Counted from the stretch's first letter, positions 29,197 through 39,032 are shown. The stretch is DNA of 64,000 nucleotides from an uncultured Gemmatimonadales bacterium (GCA_963795085.1 CAWCFX010000001.1:1152001-1216000); one strand, 5' to 3'. Notes: generated from the sequence alone by a model not told the origin. Numbers and translations: made by a program.

Positions 29197-30933
29197 ATGC
29201 CCGAACTGTACACCGCCGAACACCCCTATAGCTCGCCCACCGGCCTTCGCGTCCGGCAGGACCTGATCGACGAAGACTACACCTCCGAAGACTACGAGAA
29301 GATGCTCCCCCTCTACGAACAGACCATGGCGTCTATCGTGGAAGGCGAGATCGTCAAGTCCAAGGTCCTCCGGGTGACCGACAACGCCGTCATCCTGGAC
29401 GTGGGCTTCAAGTCCGAAGGCTCGGTGCCGCTGGACGAGTTCAAAGACCCCCAGTCGCTCAAAGAGGGCGACGAGGTCGAGGTCTTCCTCGAGCATCTCG
29501 AGGACAGCGAGGGCGCGGTCGTCCTGTCCAAGAAGAAGGCCGACTTCATGCGGGTCTGGGAGAAGATCCGCCAGGCCCACGAAAGCGACCAGCCGGTCGA
29601 GGGCACCCTGGTCAAGAAGATCAAGGGCGGGGTGGTGGTCAACCTGATGGGCGTGGATGCTTTCCTCCCCGGCAGCCAGATCGCGCTCCGCCGGGTGCCC
29701 AACATCGACGAGCTGCTGGGCAGCACCTACGAGTTCAAGATCATCAAGCTCAACAAGCGCCGGCGGAACATCGTGGTCAGCCGCCGGGTGATCCTCGAGA
29801 ACGAGCGGGCCCACAAGCGGGAGCACCTGATGAAGGAGCTCCAGGTGACCCAGGTCCGGAAGGGCGTGGTCAAGAACATCACCGACTTCGGCGCCTTCAT
29901 CGACCTGGGCGGCGTGGACGGCCTGCTCCACATCACCGACATGTCCTACGGCCGGGTGTCCCACCCGTCCGAGGTGGTGTCCATCGGCAAGGAAGTCGAG
30001 GTCAAGATCCTGGACATCGACTGGCAGCGGGAGCGCATCAGCCTGGGCATGAAGCAGCTGATGGCCTATCCGTGGAAGGACGTGGCCAGCAAGTATCCGG
30101 TCGGCACCCGGGTGCAGGGCAAGGTCGTCTCGATCACCAATTACGGCGCCTTCGTGGAGCTGGAGCCGGGCATCGAAGGCCTGGTCCACATCTCCGAGAT
30201 GAGCTGGACCCGCAACGTCCGCCACCCGTCCAAGGTGGTCAGCATCGGCGAGACCATCGAAGCGGTCGTGCTCAAGGTGGACGAGAACGAAGAGAAGATC
30301 TCGCTGGGCATGAAGCAGACCGAGCAGGACCCCTGGGTCGTGCTGCCGCTCAAGTACCCGGTCGGCACCATGATCACCGGCAAGGTCCGCAATCTCACCA
30401 GCTTCGGCGCCTTCGTCGAGATCGAGCCGGGCATCGACGGCCTGATCCACATCTCCGACATGTCCTGGACCAAGCGGATCCAGCACCCGTCGGAGGCGGT
30501 CAAGAAGGGCGATACCGTCAACGTCGTCATCCTCAACATCGACGCCGACAACAAGCGGATCTCCCTCGGCCTCAAGCAGGCGGAGGAAGACCCCTGGCTC
30601 AAGATCGGCGAGACCTACCCGGTCGGCACCGAGATGCGGGGCACCGTGACCCGCCTGATGGACAAGGGGGTGGTGGTGGACCTGGGCAACGACATCGAGG
30701 GCTTCGTCCCCATGTCCCAGCTGGGCGTGCCGGATATCGAGAACCCGGGCGATGCCGCCCGCGAAGGCCAGCTGGTCGACCTCAAGGTCCTCGAGGTGGA
30801 CCCGATCCATCACCGGATCGTGCTGGCCGTGGTGAGCTTCCCGGAGGACTCCGAGGAGAACATCCAGGCCCGCGCCGCCGCCATCCGGGCTGCGCAGGTC
30901 ATCATCCCGGACGATGAAGCTCCGATGGAGTAG
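29197..30933 (+). CDS. rpsA: 30S ribosomal protein S1
   Basis: Six S1 repeats (FGAFIDLGGVDGLLHI, YGAFVELEPGIEGLVHISE); GAGG upstream of ATG 29197. Confidence 0.98.
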   Translation: MPELYTAEHPYSSPTGLRVRQDLIDEDYTSEDYEKMLPLYEQTMASIVEGEIVKSKVLRVTDNAVILDVGFKSEGSVPLDEFKDPQSLKEGDEVEVFLEHLEDSEGAVVLSKKKADFMRVWEKIRQAHESDQPVEGTLVKKIKGGVVVNLMGVDAFLPGSQIALRRVPNIDELLGSTYEFKIIKLNKRRRNIVVSRRVILENERAHKREHLMKELQVTQVRKGVVKNITDFGAFIDLGGVDGLLHITDMSYGRVSHPSEVVSIGKEVEVKILDIDWQRERISLGMKQLMAYPWKDVASKYPVGTRVQGKVVSITNYGAFVELEPGIEGLVHISEMSWTRNVRHPSKVVSIGETIEAVVLKVDENEEKISLGMKQTEQDPWVVLPLKYPVGTMITGKVRNLTSFGAFVEIEPGIDGLIHISDMSWTKRIQHPSEAVKKGDTVNVVILNIDADNKRISLGLKQAEEDPWLKIGETYPVGTEMRGTVTRLMDKGVVVDLGNDIEGFVPMSQLGVPDIENPGDAAREGQLVDLKVLEVDPIHHRIVLAVVSFPEDSEENIQARAAAIRAAQVIIPDDEAPME

Positions 30934-30956
30934 GTTGGCGGGATCAGGCAGGGATT

Positions 30957-30986
30957 TCAGGGCCCCGATGAGGGGCCCTGATTGTT
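30957..30986 (+). terminator. Intrinsic terminator after rpsA
   Basis: TCAGGGCCCC-gatga-GGGGCCCTGA followed by TTGTT. Confidence 0.7.
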
Positions 30987-30992
30987 AACCGC

Positions 30993-31598
30993 AACTGCCT
31001 CACCGCAGAGGCGCCAAGTGCGCCAGGGAGCGCGAAGAAATCCGAGGCTCAAAAGCCGTTTGCCAATCTCTTGATGCCGTTCTTGAGCAATGTCTCATTA
31101 AAGTTCAACAGGAGACCAATGGGTAGGCCGGTAAGCTTGAGATACGTCAGGACCTGGGAATCGTGAATGGGGGCAAGTTTGTCGACTGACTTCACCTCTA
31201 CCAGTAATGAATTCTGCACGACCAGATCGGTACGAAGTGTCGTCTGAAGGTCATGTCCTTTGTATTTGAGCGGAGTGTGAACCTGCCTTTCCGCTTCAGT
31301 ATCTCGTAACCTGAGCTCCAGAATCAGGCACTCTTCGTACACCGACTCCATCAATCCCGGGCCCATGATCCGATGGACCAATCGCTGCTCCAATGACAGT
31401 CCCGGAAACAGCGTTTACGGCATCCTGCTCCTCAATGGTCCGCATAATGTGCCTTCCTGTTGAGTCAGGGCAAGCACAGGGTTACTGTCGCATGGACCAT
31501 CATCGTTTTTACCCCGGTCGGATCCAAAAACCGCACCCACATCCACAGATGTTCTCTGCGCTCCTTCGCGTCCTTTGCGCCTTTGCGGTGGCGCAGTT
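30993..31598. mobile_element. Putative insertion element: GxxExxY gene between 47-nt imperfect inverted repeats
   Basis: Arms 30993-31039 and 31552-31598 match at 37/47 positions; the interior is visibly AT-richer than the flanking genes. Confidence 0.7.
31049..31445 (-). pseudogene. GxxExxY protein (PD-(D/E)xK-like nuclease), frameshifted
   Basis: ATG 31445 with AGGAAGG RBS gives MRTIEEQDAVNAVSGTVIGAAI. VHRIMGPGLMESVYEECL...DLVVQ...VEVKSV...QVLTYLK...GLLLNF continues in a different frame from 31378. Confidence 0.88.
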
Positions 31599-31636
31599 TT
31601 TCGCGCTCTTGCTCCTATCTCTTATATTGAACCCCC

Positions 31637-33190
31637 ATGCCAGACCCCCGCACCCTCCTTGACGACCTCCACCACCGCCAGGCCCAGGCCGAGCAGGGTG
31701 GGGGGCCGCAGCGCATCGCGCAGCAGCACCAGCGCGGCAAACTCACCGCCCGCGAACGCCTCGACCTCCTGCTGGACGAGGGCAGCTTTGTCGAGCTGGA
31801 CCGGTTCGTGGTCCACCGCGCCACCGATTTTGGCCTCGCCGACGAGAAGTATCCCGGCGACGGGGTGGTCACCGGATACGGCCGGATCGAAGGCCGGCTG
31901 GTGTACGTGTTCTCCCAGGACTTTACTGTCTTCGGCGGCTCCCTCTCGGAGACCTTCGCCGAGAAGATCTGCAAGGTGATGGACCTGGCCATGAAGACCG
32001 GCGCCCCGGTCATCGGGCTCAACGACTCGGGCGGCGCCCGCATCCAGGAAGGCGTCGAATCCCTGGGCGGCTACGCCGACATTTTTCTCCGGAACACCCT
32101 GGCCTCCGGCGTGATCCCCCAGATCTCGGCCATCCTCGGGCCCTGCGCCGGCGGGGCGGTGTACAGCCCGGCCATCACCGACTTCATCTTCATGGTCCGC
32201 GGGGTAAGCTTCATGTTCGTCACCGGGCCCAACGTGGTGAAGACGGTCACCCACGAAGAGGTGACTTTCGACCAGCTGGGTGGCGCCGACACCCACGCCT
32301 CCACTTCCGGCGTGGCCCACTTCGCCCACGACTCCGAGCCGCAGGCCATCGCCGCCATCCGGGAACTGCTGTCGTTCATCCCCGGCAATAACCTGGACGA
32401 TCCCCCGGTGCGGCCCACCGACGACCCCGTGGACCGGCGCGACGAGTCGCTCCTCGACGTGATCCCCGACGCGGCGGCCCGGCCCTACGACATGCACGAT
32501 GTCATCCGGCCGGTGGTGGATGACGGGGTCTTCCTGGAAGTGCACCGGGACTATGCCGGCAACATCCTCACCGGGTTTGCCCGGCTGGGTGGCCGTCCGG
32601 TGGGCATCGTGGCCAACCAGCCCGCCGTGCTCGCCGGGGTGCTGGACATCAATGCCTCGCTCAAGGCGGCGCGGTTCATCCGGTTTTGCGACGCCTTCAA
32701 CATTCCCCTCCTGACCCTGGTGGACGTGCCGGGGTTCCTCCCCGGGGTGGCCCAGGAACACGGCGGCATCATCAAGCATGGGGCCAAGCTGCTCTATGCC
32801 TATTGCGAAGCGACGGTGCCCAAGCTGACCGTGATCACCCGCAAGGCATATGGCGGGGCCTACGATGTGATGAGCTCCAAGCACATCCGGGGGGACCTGA
32901 ACCTGGCGTGGCCCACCGCCGAGATCGCCGTGATGGGTGCCCAGGGGGCGGTGGAGATTCTCTTCAAGAAGGAGATCGAGCAGGCGAAGGACAAGGCGGC
33001 CGCGACCGCGAAACTGATCGCGGAATACACCTCCAAGTTCGCGCACCCCTACCGGGCGGCCGAGCGAGGGTTCGTGGACGACGTGATTGATCCGCGGGAT
33101 ACCCGGTTCCGGCTGATTGACGGGCTGCGGACCCTGGCCACCAAGCGGGACCGGAACCCGGCGAAGAAGCACGGGAACATGCCCCTGTGA
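31637..33190 (+). CDS. pccB: Acyl-CoA (propionyl/methylmalonyl-CoA) carboxylase carboxyltransferase beta subunit
   Basis: [46 protein letters not shown]. Confidence 0.92.
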   Translation: MPDPRTLLDDLHHRQAQAEQGGGPQRIAQQHQRGKLTARERLDLLLDEGSFVELDRFVVHRATDFGLADEKYPGDGVVTGYGRIEGRLVYVFSQDFTVFGGSLSETFAEKICKVMDLAMKTGAPVIGLNDSGGARIQEGVESLGGYADIFLRNTLASGVIPQISAILGPCAGGAVYSPAITDFIFMVRGVSFMFVTGPNVVKTVTHEEVTFDQLGGADTHASTSGVAHFAHDSEPQAIAAIRELLSFIPGNNLDDPPVRPTDDPVDRRDESLLDVIPDAAARPYDMHDVIRPVVDDGVFLEVHRDYAGNILTGFARLGGRPVGIVANQPAVLAGVLDINASLKAARFIRFCDAFNIPLLTLVDVPGFLPGVAQEHGGIIKHGAKLLYAYCEATVPKLTVITRKAYGGAYDVMSSKHIRGDLNLAWPTAEIAVMGAQGAVEILFKKEIEQAKDKAAATAKLIAEYTSKFAHPYRAAERGFVDDVIDPRDTRFRLIDGLRTLATKRDRNPAKKHGNMPL

Positions 33191-33193
33191 ATC

Positions 33194-33302
33194 GAGGAAT
33201 TGGGAATTGAGGGAATGGTGGAATTGGATGAACGTTCAAAATTCCCTCAATTCCCTCAATTCCCTCAATTCCCTCAATTCCCTCAATTCCCTCAATTCCC
33301 TC
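33194..33302 (+). repeat. 9-mer tandem-repeat hairpin: (AATTCCCTC)x7 with a degenerate complementary arm
   Basis: Seven perfect copies at 33240-33302; GAGGGAATT-like copies at 33194-33227; central palindrome TGAACGTTCA at 33229-33238. Confidence 0.95.
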
Positions 33303-33405
33303 CCCTCCTGTGGCCCCCGACCTCGCTCCCGACGTCCCCCTAGCCATATTGGTCCGTTCTGCCCATGTTATATCTCTATCCCTGACCAGTTTACAGTGGG
33401 TTTTC

Positions 33406-34395
33406 ATGGCCTTTCTCCGCTCGCCAATGGTGTTCCGCTCTCTGCTCGCCGCTGCGCTCCTCGCGCTGCCGGTGGGCGTTGCCATGGGGCAGGGTTCGCT
33501 GGACCCGTCGGTGGCGCCGCGGGCGGTCAACCTGGAGCGCCAGGGGGACCGGAACATCGCCACCCAGCTCCTGGGCCGGTATCTGGCCACCGCGCCGGAC
33601 GACGGTGTCGCCTGGTTCCACCTGGGCCGGTTCTACCTGGCCGACTCCCGGGACTGGCATATCCGCGGCCACACGGGCGACCCCGATGGCGATCTCTACC
33701 TCGATTTCGCGGCGACCGCCTTCGACCAGGCCATCCGGCTGGTGGTGGACTCGGCGGTGGTCTATCGGCTGATGGTCGAAATGGACCGGGCCCGCCTCTA
33801 CGTCGAAGCGTTCGGCTGGGAAGCAGCCCGGGAAGAGCGGCCTCGGGATCCTGCTCTCCGGATGCCGGCCTACATTCTCGAGCTGGGCAGCAACCTGCTG
33901 GCATCCTGCCCGGCCGGCGGGGTCCTGCTCACCGGCAACAATCTCGAAACGGTCTCGGTCTGGTACGCTTCCCTGGAGACCAGCCGCCGCACCGATATCC
34001 TCCCGCTCGAACCCCGGCTCTACACCACCGATTCGCTCTATCGCACCCGCATCGCCCGGGCATTGGGCGTCGATGCCCGGCTCCCGGTGCGTCAGGCGCT
34101 GGGGGCCGTGGCCGACCGTCGCACCATTTGCCTCACCCCGATGGCCGATACCGCCGCGGTGCCGTTTACCGCGTTCACCGCCGTGCGCCTGGTGCGGGTG
34201 AACCACGCCGCCCCGGCACCCACCGCCGACGTGCTCTCGGTGACCGACCTGATCGAAATGGAGCGGCAGGGCGAGACCGCATGGACCGTCGAACTCCGCC
34301 GGATTTACGCCGCCGCCGCCGCCCATAACGCCCTGCTCTGCAGCGGGGTCCTGCAGCGGCTCGGCGACCGGCCGCTGGGGGCGTGCGGGCACTAA
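33406..34395 (+). CDS. Exported hypothetical protein, TPR-like N-terminus
   Basis: Signal peptide; YLATAPDDGVAWFHLGRFY TPR-like segment; start at 33406 or 33427. Confidence 0.7.
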   Translation: MAFLRSPMVFRSLLAAALLALPVGVAMGQGSLDPSVAPRAVNLERQGDRNIATQLLGRYLATAPDDGVAWFHLGRFYLADSRDWHIRGHTGDPDGDLYLDFAATAFDQAIRLVVDSAVVYRLMVEMDRARLYVEAFGWEAAREERPRDPALRMPAYILELGSNLLASCPAGGVLLTGNNLETVSVWYASLETSRRTDILPLEPRLYTTDSLYRTRIARALGVDARLPVRQALGAVADRRTICLTPMADTAAVPFTAFTAVRLVRVNHAAPAPTADVLSVTDLIEMERQGETAWTVELRRIYAAAAAHNALLCSGVLQRLGDRPLGACGH

Positions 34396-34563
34396 GCGGG
34401 TGGGCGGAATAGCCCGTCAGCCACTGCGGTACTATACCGTCGTGATCCAGCTAGATTCCCTCCTGATGAAAGCAATTATCGGATCGCGGATCCCCATTTC
34501 CCAGCGGTTTCATCCGTCCGGTTCGCCCGCCCCTGTTGCCCGCCCTTTCAGCCCGCCCGGTTC

Positions 34564-36063
34564 ATGAATCGAGTCCTCATCGCCAATCGCGGCGAGATCG
34601 CCCTCCGCATCATCCGCGCCTGCCATGAAGAGGGTCTCGAAGCGGTCGCGGTGTATTCCACGGCCGACCGAAAAAGCCTGCACGTGCAGGCGGCCGATTT
34701 TGCGGTCCCCATCGGGCCACCCGCGCCGGCCGAGAGCTATCTCCGCGCCGACGCGCTGATCGCCGCGGCAAGGCAGACCGGCGCCCAGGCGATTCATCCG
34801 GGGTATGGGTTTCTCTCCGAGCGGGCCAGCTTTGCCGCCGCGGTGGAACAGGCGGGACTCATTTTCGTGGGACCTCCCTCCTCCGCGATCCAGGCCATGG
34901 GAGACAAGACGGAAGCCCGCCGCCGGATGCAGGCGGCCGGCGTGCCCATCGTCCCCGGGACCACGGTGCCGGCGGTGGACGCGGCCTCGCTCGCCGTCGT
35001 CGCCAGGGAGATCGGTTTCCCGGTGGTCATCAAGGCGGCGGCGGGCGGCGGGGGCCGCGGCATGCGGGTGGTGGCCCGCGCCGAGGAACTGGCCCACGCG
35101 CTGGAGGCCGCCTCGTCCGAGGCGCTGAAGGCGTTCGGCGACGGCAGCGTGTACGTCGAGCAATACATCGAGCGGCCCCGCCATGTCGAGATCCAGGTGC
35201 TGGCCGATCATCAACGCACCGTGCACCTGGGCGAGCGGGAATGCTCGGTCCAGCGGCGGCACCAGAAACTGGTCGAAGAGGCCCCCAGCGTCGCGGTGCC
35301 GGCGGAACTGCGGGCCCGCATGGGCGCGGCAGCGGTGGCCGCCGCGAAGGCCGTCGGGTACCGCAGCGCGGGCACCTGCGAGTTCCTGCTGGGCGCCGAT
35401 GGTGGTTTCTATTTCCTCGAGATGAATACCCGGATCCAGGTGGAGCACCCGGTCACCGAGCTGGTCTATGGCGTGGACCTGGTGCGGGAACAACTGCGCA
35501 TCGCCCGGGGGCTGCCGATGTCGCTGCCGGAGTGGGCCCTGGCGCCCCGCGGATGGGCCATCGAGTGCCGGCTTACCAGCGAGGATCCGGCCAACGGGTT
35601 CCTGCCCTCTGCCGGCCGCATCACCTACCTGCGGCCGCCGTCCGGCCACGGGGTGCGGTGGGACGGCGGGATCGCCCCGGGCGACGAGGTCGCGCTTCAC
35701 TACGACTCGCTGCTCGGAAAACTCATCGTCTGGGCCCCCGACCGGGAACAGGCCCGCCACAAGATGATCCGCGCGCTGGATGAGTTGATGCTGGCCGGCG
35801 TCGCCACCAACCTCTCGTTCCACCGCCGGCTGATGGCGGATGCCGAGTTCGGCGCGGGGGCCATCGACACCCAGTTCCTGGAACGGCGGCCCGACCTGAT
35901 GCAGGGCGACATTCCCGAGCACCATGCCGTCATCGCCGCGGCGGCCGCGGCGCTTGCGGAGGAAGAATCCCGGCAGCGCAAGCGTCCCCGGATCGCCGAG
36001 GCCGACGCGGCGTCGGCGCCGGCCCCCTGGCTTCGGGCCGCCCGGCTGGACGGTCTCCGGTGA
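34564..36063 (+). CDS. accC: Biotin carboxylase subunit (AccC/PccA type)
   Basis: IANRGEIA, HPGYGFLSE, GGGGRGMR, ERECSVQRRHQK, EMNTRIQVEH. Confidence 0.93.
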   Translation: MNRVLIANRGEIALRIIRACHEEGLEAVAVYSTADRKSLHVQAADFAVPIGPPAPAESYLRADALIAAARQTGAQAIHPGYGFLSERASFAAAVEQAGLIFVGPPSSAIQAMGDKTEARRRMQAAGVPIVPGTTVPAVDAASLAVVAREIGFPVVIKAAAGGGGRGMRVVARAEELAHALEAASSEALKAFGDGSVYVEQYIERPRHVEIQVLADHQRTVHLGERECSVQRRHQKLVEEAPSVAVPAELRARMGAAAVAAAKAVGYRSAGTCEFLLGADGGFYFLEMNTRIQVEHPVTELVYGVDLVREQLRIARGLPMSLPEWALAPRGWAIECRLTSEDPANGFLPSAGRITYLRPPSGHGVRWDGGIAPGDEVALHYDSLLGKLIVWAPDREQARHKMIRALDELMLAGVATNLSFHRRLMADAEFGAGAIDTQFLERRPDLMQGDIPEHHAVIAAAAAALAEEESRQRKRPRIAEADAASAPAPWLRAARLDGLR

Positions 36064-37316
36064 TGGTGCGAATCCTCAGCATTGCCGCCGGCGGAGACGG
36101 CGTCGGCAAGCTGGAGGATGGACGTACCGTCTTCGTCCCCCGGACCGCTCCCGGCGACCTGGTGGAACTCGCCCAGCTGCGGCCAGCCCGGCGGTTCGCC
36201 CGGGCCCGGGTGGCGAGGGTCGTCGAGCCCGGCCCCAACCGGGTAGCACCGCCCTGTCCCCACTATACCCGGGACGAGTGTGGTGGGTGCCAGTTGCAGC
36301 ACCTGAACGCCGCGGCCCAGCTCTCCGCCAAACAGTCGGTGGTCGGCGAAACGCTGCGCCGGGTGGGCAAAGTGGATGTCCGGGATCCGACGGTCATTCC
36401 CGCCGGGAAAATGTGGGAATACCGCACCAAGATCACGCTGGCGCGAGACCGCCGGGGCCGCATCGGGCTGCATCCCCTCGACCGGCCCGACCGGACCTTT
36501 GAACTGGAACACTGCCTCATCACCGAGCCCGCGCTGATGGCGGCCTGGACCGTGGTACATCGCCACCGGGCCCTGCTTCCAGCGGACCTGGCCCACCTGG
36601 TATTCCGGCTGGACCGGGCCGGGGGCCGCCATGTCATCCTTCAGACCGTCGGCACCCAGGTCTGGCAGCAGGGCCCCCAGCTGTACCGGGCCCTGGCGGC
36701 CGCTTCGCTCCTGTCCATCATCTGGTACCAGCCGGGGAGCGGGGTTCCCCGGGTGGTGGCGGGTTCGGACGATGCCTATCCCGCCACGGTCTTCGAGCAG
36801 GTGAACCCCGAAATGGGAGACATCGCCCGGAACTTTGCGCTCGAACAACTGGGAACGGTGGCCGGCTGCCATGTCTGGGATCTCTTCGCCGGCGTGGGTG
36901 AGACGTCCGCGGCCCTGCTCGCGGCGGGCGCGACGGTCGAAAGCGTGGAGGCCGATCATCGCGCGGTTCGCCTGGCGGCCGAACGGTCGCGCGGCGTCCT
37001 GGGCCTTCCGGCCGGTGCCCGGCTGCCCGCCGGCGTCGCGCTGCACGCCGGGCTGGTCGAAGACATCCTGCACCGGCTCAAGGACCCGGACCTGATCGTG
37101 GCCAATCCGCCCCGGGGCGGCATCGAACCCGCCGCGATCCGGCAGATTCTTTCCCGGGCGGCCCGCCGGTTCGTGTACATCTCCTGTGACCCGGCCACCC
37201 TGGCGCGGGATCTGGCCCGGCTGGCGCCCCGCTATCGCCCCAGGGCGGTGCAGGCCTTTGATCTCTTTCCCCAGACGGCGCACGTCGAGAGCGTCGCCGT
37301 CCTCGAGGCGGCGTGA
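36060..37316 (+). CDS. RNA m5U methyltransferase, RlmD/TrmA family
   Basis: TRAM-like N-terminus, CPHY...CGGCQLQH, FEQVN, NPPRGG, YISCDPATLARD, DLFPQTAHVE. Confidence 0.9.
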   Translation: MMVRILSIAAGGDGVGKLEDGRTVFVPRTAPGDLVELAQLRPARRFARARVARVVEPGPNRVAPPCPHYTRDECGGCQLQHLNAAAQLSAKQSVVGETLRRVGKVDVRDPTVIPAGKMWEYRTKITLARDRRGRIGLHPLDRPDRTFELEHCLITEPALMAAWTVVHRHRALLPADLAHLVFRLDRAGGRHVILQTVGTQVWQQGPQLYRALAAASLLSIIWYQPGSGVPRVVAGSDDAYPATVFEQVNPEMGDIARNFALEQLGTVAGCHVWDLFAGVGETSAALLAAGATVESVEADHRAVRLAAERSRGVLGLPAGARLPAGVALHAGLVEDILHRLKDPDLIVANPPRGGIEPAAIRQILSRAARRFVYISCDPATLARDLARLAPRYRPRAVQAFDLFPQTAHVESVAVLEAA

Positions 37317-37816
37317 AATATTTCGTGACTGTGGGCGGGCGGGAATACCAGGTCACCGTGGAGGGCGACACGGTCACCGTGGACGGGCAGCGGCATGTCG
37401 CGCACCTGAGCGCCATTGCCGGGACTCCGCTCCGCCACCTGCTGCTCGGCGACCGGTCCTTCACGCTGCTCTTCGATGCCCCGGGACCCGGCCGCTGGAC
37501 CATGGGCTTTCAGGGCGAGGCCTGGGAAACCGAAGTGGTGGACGAGCGGACTCGGCATATCCGGAGCCTGACCGGCGCGGGGGGAGAAAAGGCCACCGGG
37601 GGACAGCTCAAGGCCCCCATGCCGGGGCTGGTGGTCCGGGTTGACGTGGCCCCGGGACAGGAGGTTCCCGCCGGCGCCAGCCTGGTGGTACTCGAGGCCA
37701 TGAAGATGCAGAACGAGCTGCGGGCGCCGGCCGCGGCGGCGGTGGCCCGGGTTCTGGTCCAGCCTGGGCAGGCGGTAGAAAAGGGGCAAATCCTTATAGA
37801 ATTTGACGTTAGATGA
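37313..37816 (+). CDS. Biotin carboxyl carrier protein
   Basis: KAPMPG...LEAMKMQNEL biotinyl motif. Confidence 0.93.
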   Translation: MKYFVTVGGREYQVTVEGDTVTVDGQRHVAHLSAIAGTPLRHLLLGDRSFTLLFDAPGPGRWTMGFQGEAWETEVVDERTRHIRSLTGAGGEKATGGQLKAPMPGLVVRVDVAPGQEVPAGASLVVLEAMKMQNELRAPAAAAVARVLVQPGQAVEKGQILIEFDVR

Positions 37817-37948
37817 TACGGACTGGCGGTGAGGAGCCGGCAGGGAGGAGGACCCAACCCGGACACTCGCGGGGTGGCCACTATTTGGAGGGTGCCCCGG
37901 TCGTTGCCTGCGTGCGTCTCAGGGCCTGCGGCTTACTCTGGTCCGGGC

Positions 37949-37978
37949 TTGACCGTCGGTCGGCTGGCTGGGTATCTT
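37949..37978 (+). promoter_or_regulatory. Sigma70-type promoter of rplM-rpsI
   Basis: TTGACC-18 nt-TATCTT. Confidence 0.65.
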
Positions 37979-38027
37979 GTGAGTCTGTGCCGATTTACAG
38001 CACCGTAATCCAGATTAACAGGGACCC

Positions 38028-38465
38028 ATGAAGACGTTCAGCGCCACCGCAAGCGACCTCCAACACGACTGGCACGTCGTGGACGCCACCGGCGTCCCGC
38101 TGGGCCGCCTCGCGACGCATGTTGCGCAGCTGATTCGCGGCAAGCACAAGCCCACGTTCACGCCGCACATGGACGGCGGCGACTTCGTGGTGGTCATCAA
38201 TGCCTCCAAGATCCGGCTGACGGGCAAGAAACTGGCTCAGAAGCAGTACTTCTCGCATAGCGGGTACATGGGACACGAGCGCTTCACCCCGGCGAAGGAG
38301 ATGATGGACAAGCATCCCGACCGGGTGATTCGCAAGGCCGTCTTCGGTATGCTGCCGAAGAACTCCCTGTCCAAGCAGCATCTGCGGGGCAAACTCAAGG
38401 TGTACGCCGGCGCCGAACATCCCCATGCCGCGCAGCAGCCGGAGACTTCCAAGGTGAACGCATGA
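38028..38465 (+). CDS. rplM: 50S ribosomal protein L13
   Basis: WHVVDA...LGRLA...GKHKPTFTPHMDGGDFVVVINA. Confidence 0.98.
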   Translation: MKTFSATASDLQHDWHVVDATGVPLGRLATHVAQLIRGKHKPTFTPHMDGGDFVVVINASKIRLTGKKLAQKQYFSHSGYMGHERFTPAKEMMDKHPDRVIRKAVFGMLPKNSLSKQHLRGKLKVYAGAEHPHAAQQPETSKVNA

Positions 38466-38860
38466 ATACCGACCAGTTCCGCTGGCAGGCGATCGGCCGC
38501 CGCAAGACGAGCGTGGCCCGGGTGTACCTGACCCCCGGCACCGGCAAGTGGGATGTGAATGGCCGTACCCTGGGTGATTATTTCCCGCGGCCCTCGCTGG
38601 TCCAGCACATCCAGCAGTCCTTCACCGCGACCGACACGCTGGGCGCCTTTGACGTCAAGGCGCACGTGGACGGCGGCGGGATGACGGGCCAGGCCGGCGC
38701 GCTCCGGCTGGGTATTGCCCGGGCCCTGGTAGAGGCCGATGGCACCCACCGCACCAAGCTCCGGGCCGGCGGGTTGCTGACCCGCGATCCCCGCGCGGTA
38801 GAGCGGAAGAAGGCCGGCCGTCCCGGTGCCCGGAAGCGGTTCCAGTTCAGCAAGCGGTAG
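38462..38860 (+). CDS. rpsI: 30S ribosomal protein S9
   Basis: GRRKTSVARV, GGGMTGQAGA, ARKRFQFSKR. Confidence 0.98.
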   Translation: MNTDQFRWQAIGRRKTSVARVYLTPGTGKWDVNGRTLGDYFPRPSLVQHIQQSFTATDTLGAFDVKAHVDGGGMTGQAGALRLGIARALVEADGTHRTKLRAGGLLTRDPRAVERKKAGRPGARKRFQFSKR

Positions 38861-38926
38861 CCCTCGGCTCTCAGGAACTCGGTCTCGAAGACTGAGTCCG
38901 GTACGGTTCGTGGCACTTTTATCTCG

Positions 38927-39006
38927 CACACCGCTCGGATCTTCCTCCGGGTGCCCCGTTTCGGCGGGGTTGGAGGAAGAGTTGAAGACGGTGGACGATC
39001 AACCCC
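38927..39006 (+). ncRNA. rpsB (S2-binding, t44-like) leader RNA
   Basis: CACAC...TCTTCCTCC-GGGTGC-hairpin-GGAGGAAGA...GTGGA...AACCCC, the layout of the S2 leader pseudoknot. Confidence 0.8.
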
Positions 39007-39032
39007 ATTGAGACAGGATACGACGATCACGC

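Noticed and set aside
31393..31662. 89-aa + strand ORF inside the GxxExxY element
   Set aside because: It runs through the repeat arm and antisense to the GxxExxY 5' end, with no motif or RBS.
33240..33302. Possible CRISPR array
   Set aside because: The units are 9 nt, contiguous and spacerless, and no cas genes are in the window. The same applies to 41934-41975.
32964..33590. ORFs with GIE/NSL peptide repeats
   Set aside because: These are translations of the intergenic 9-mer DNA repeat, not credible proteins.
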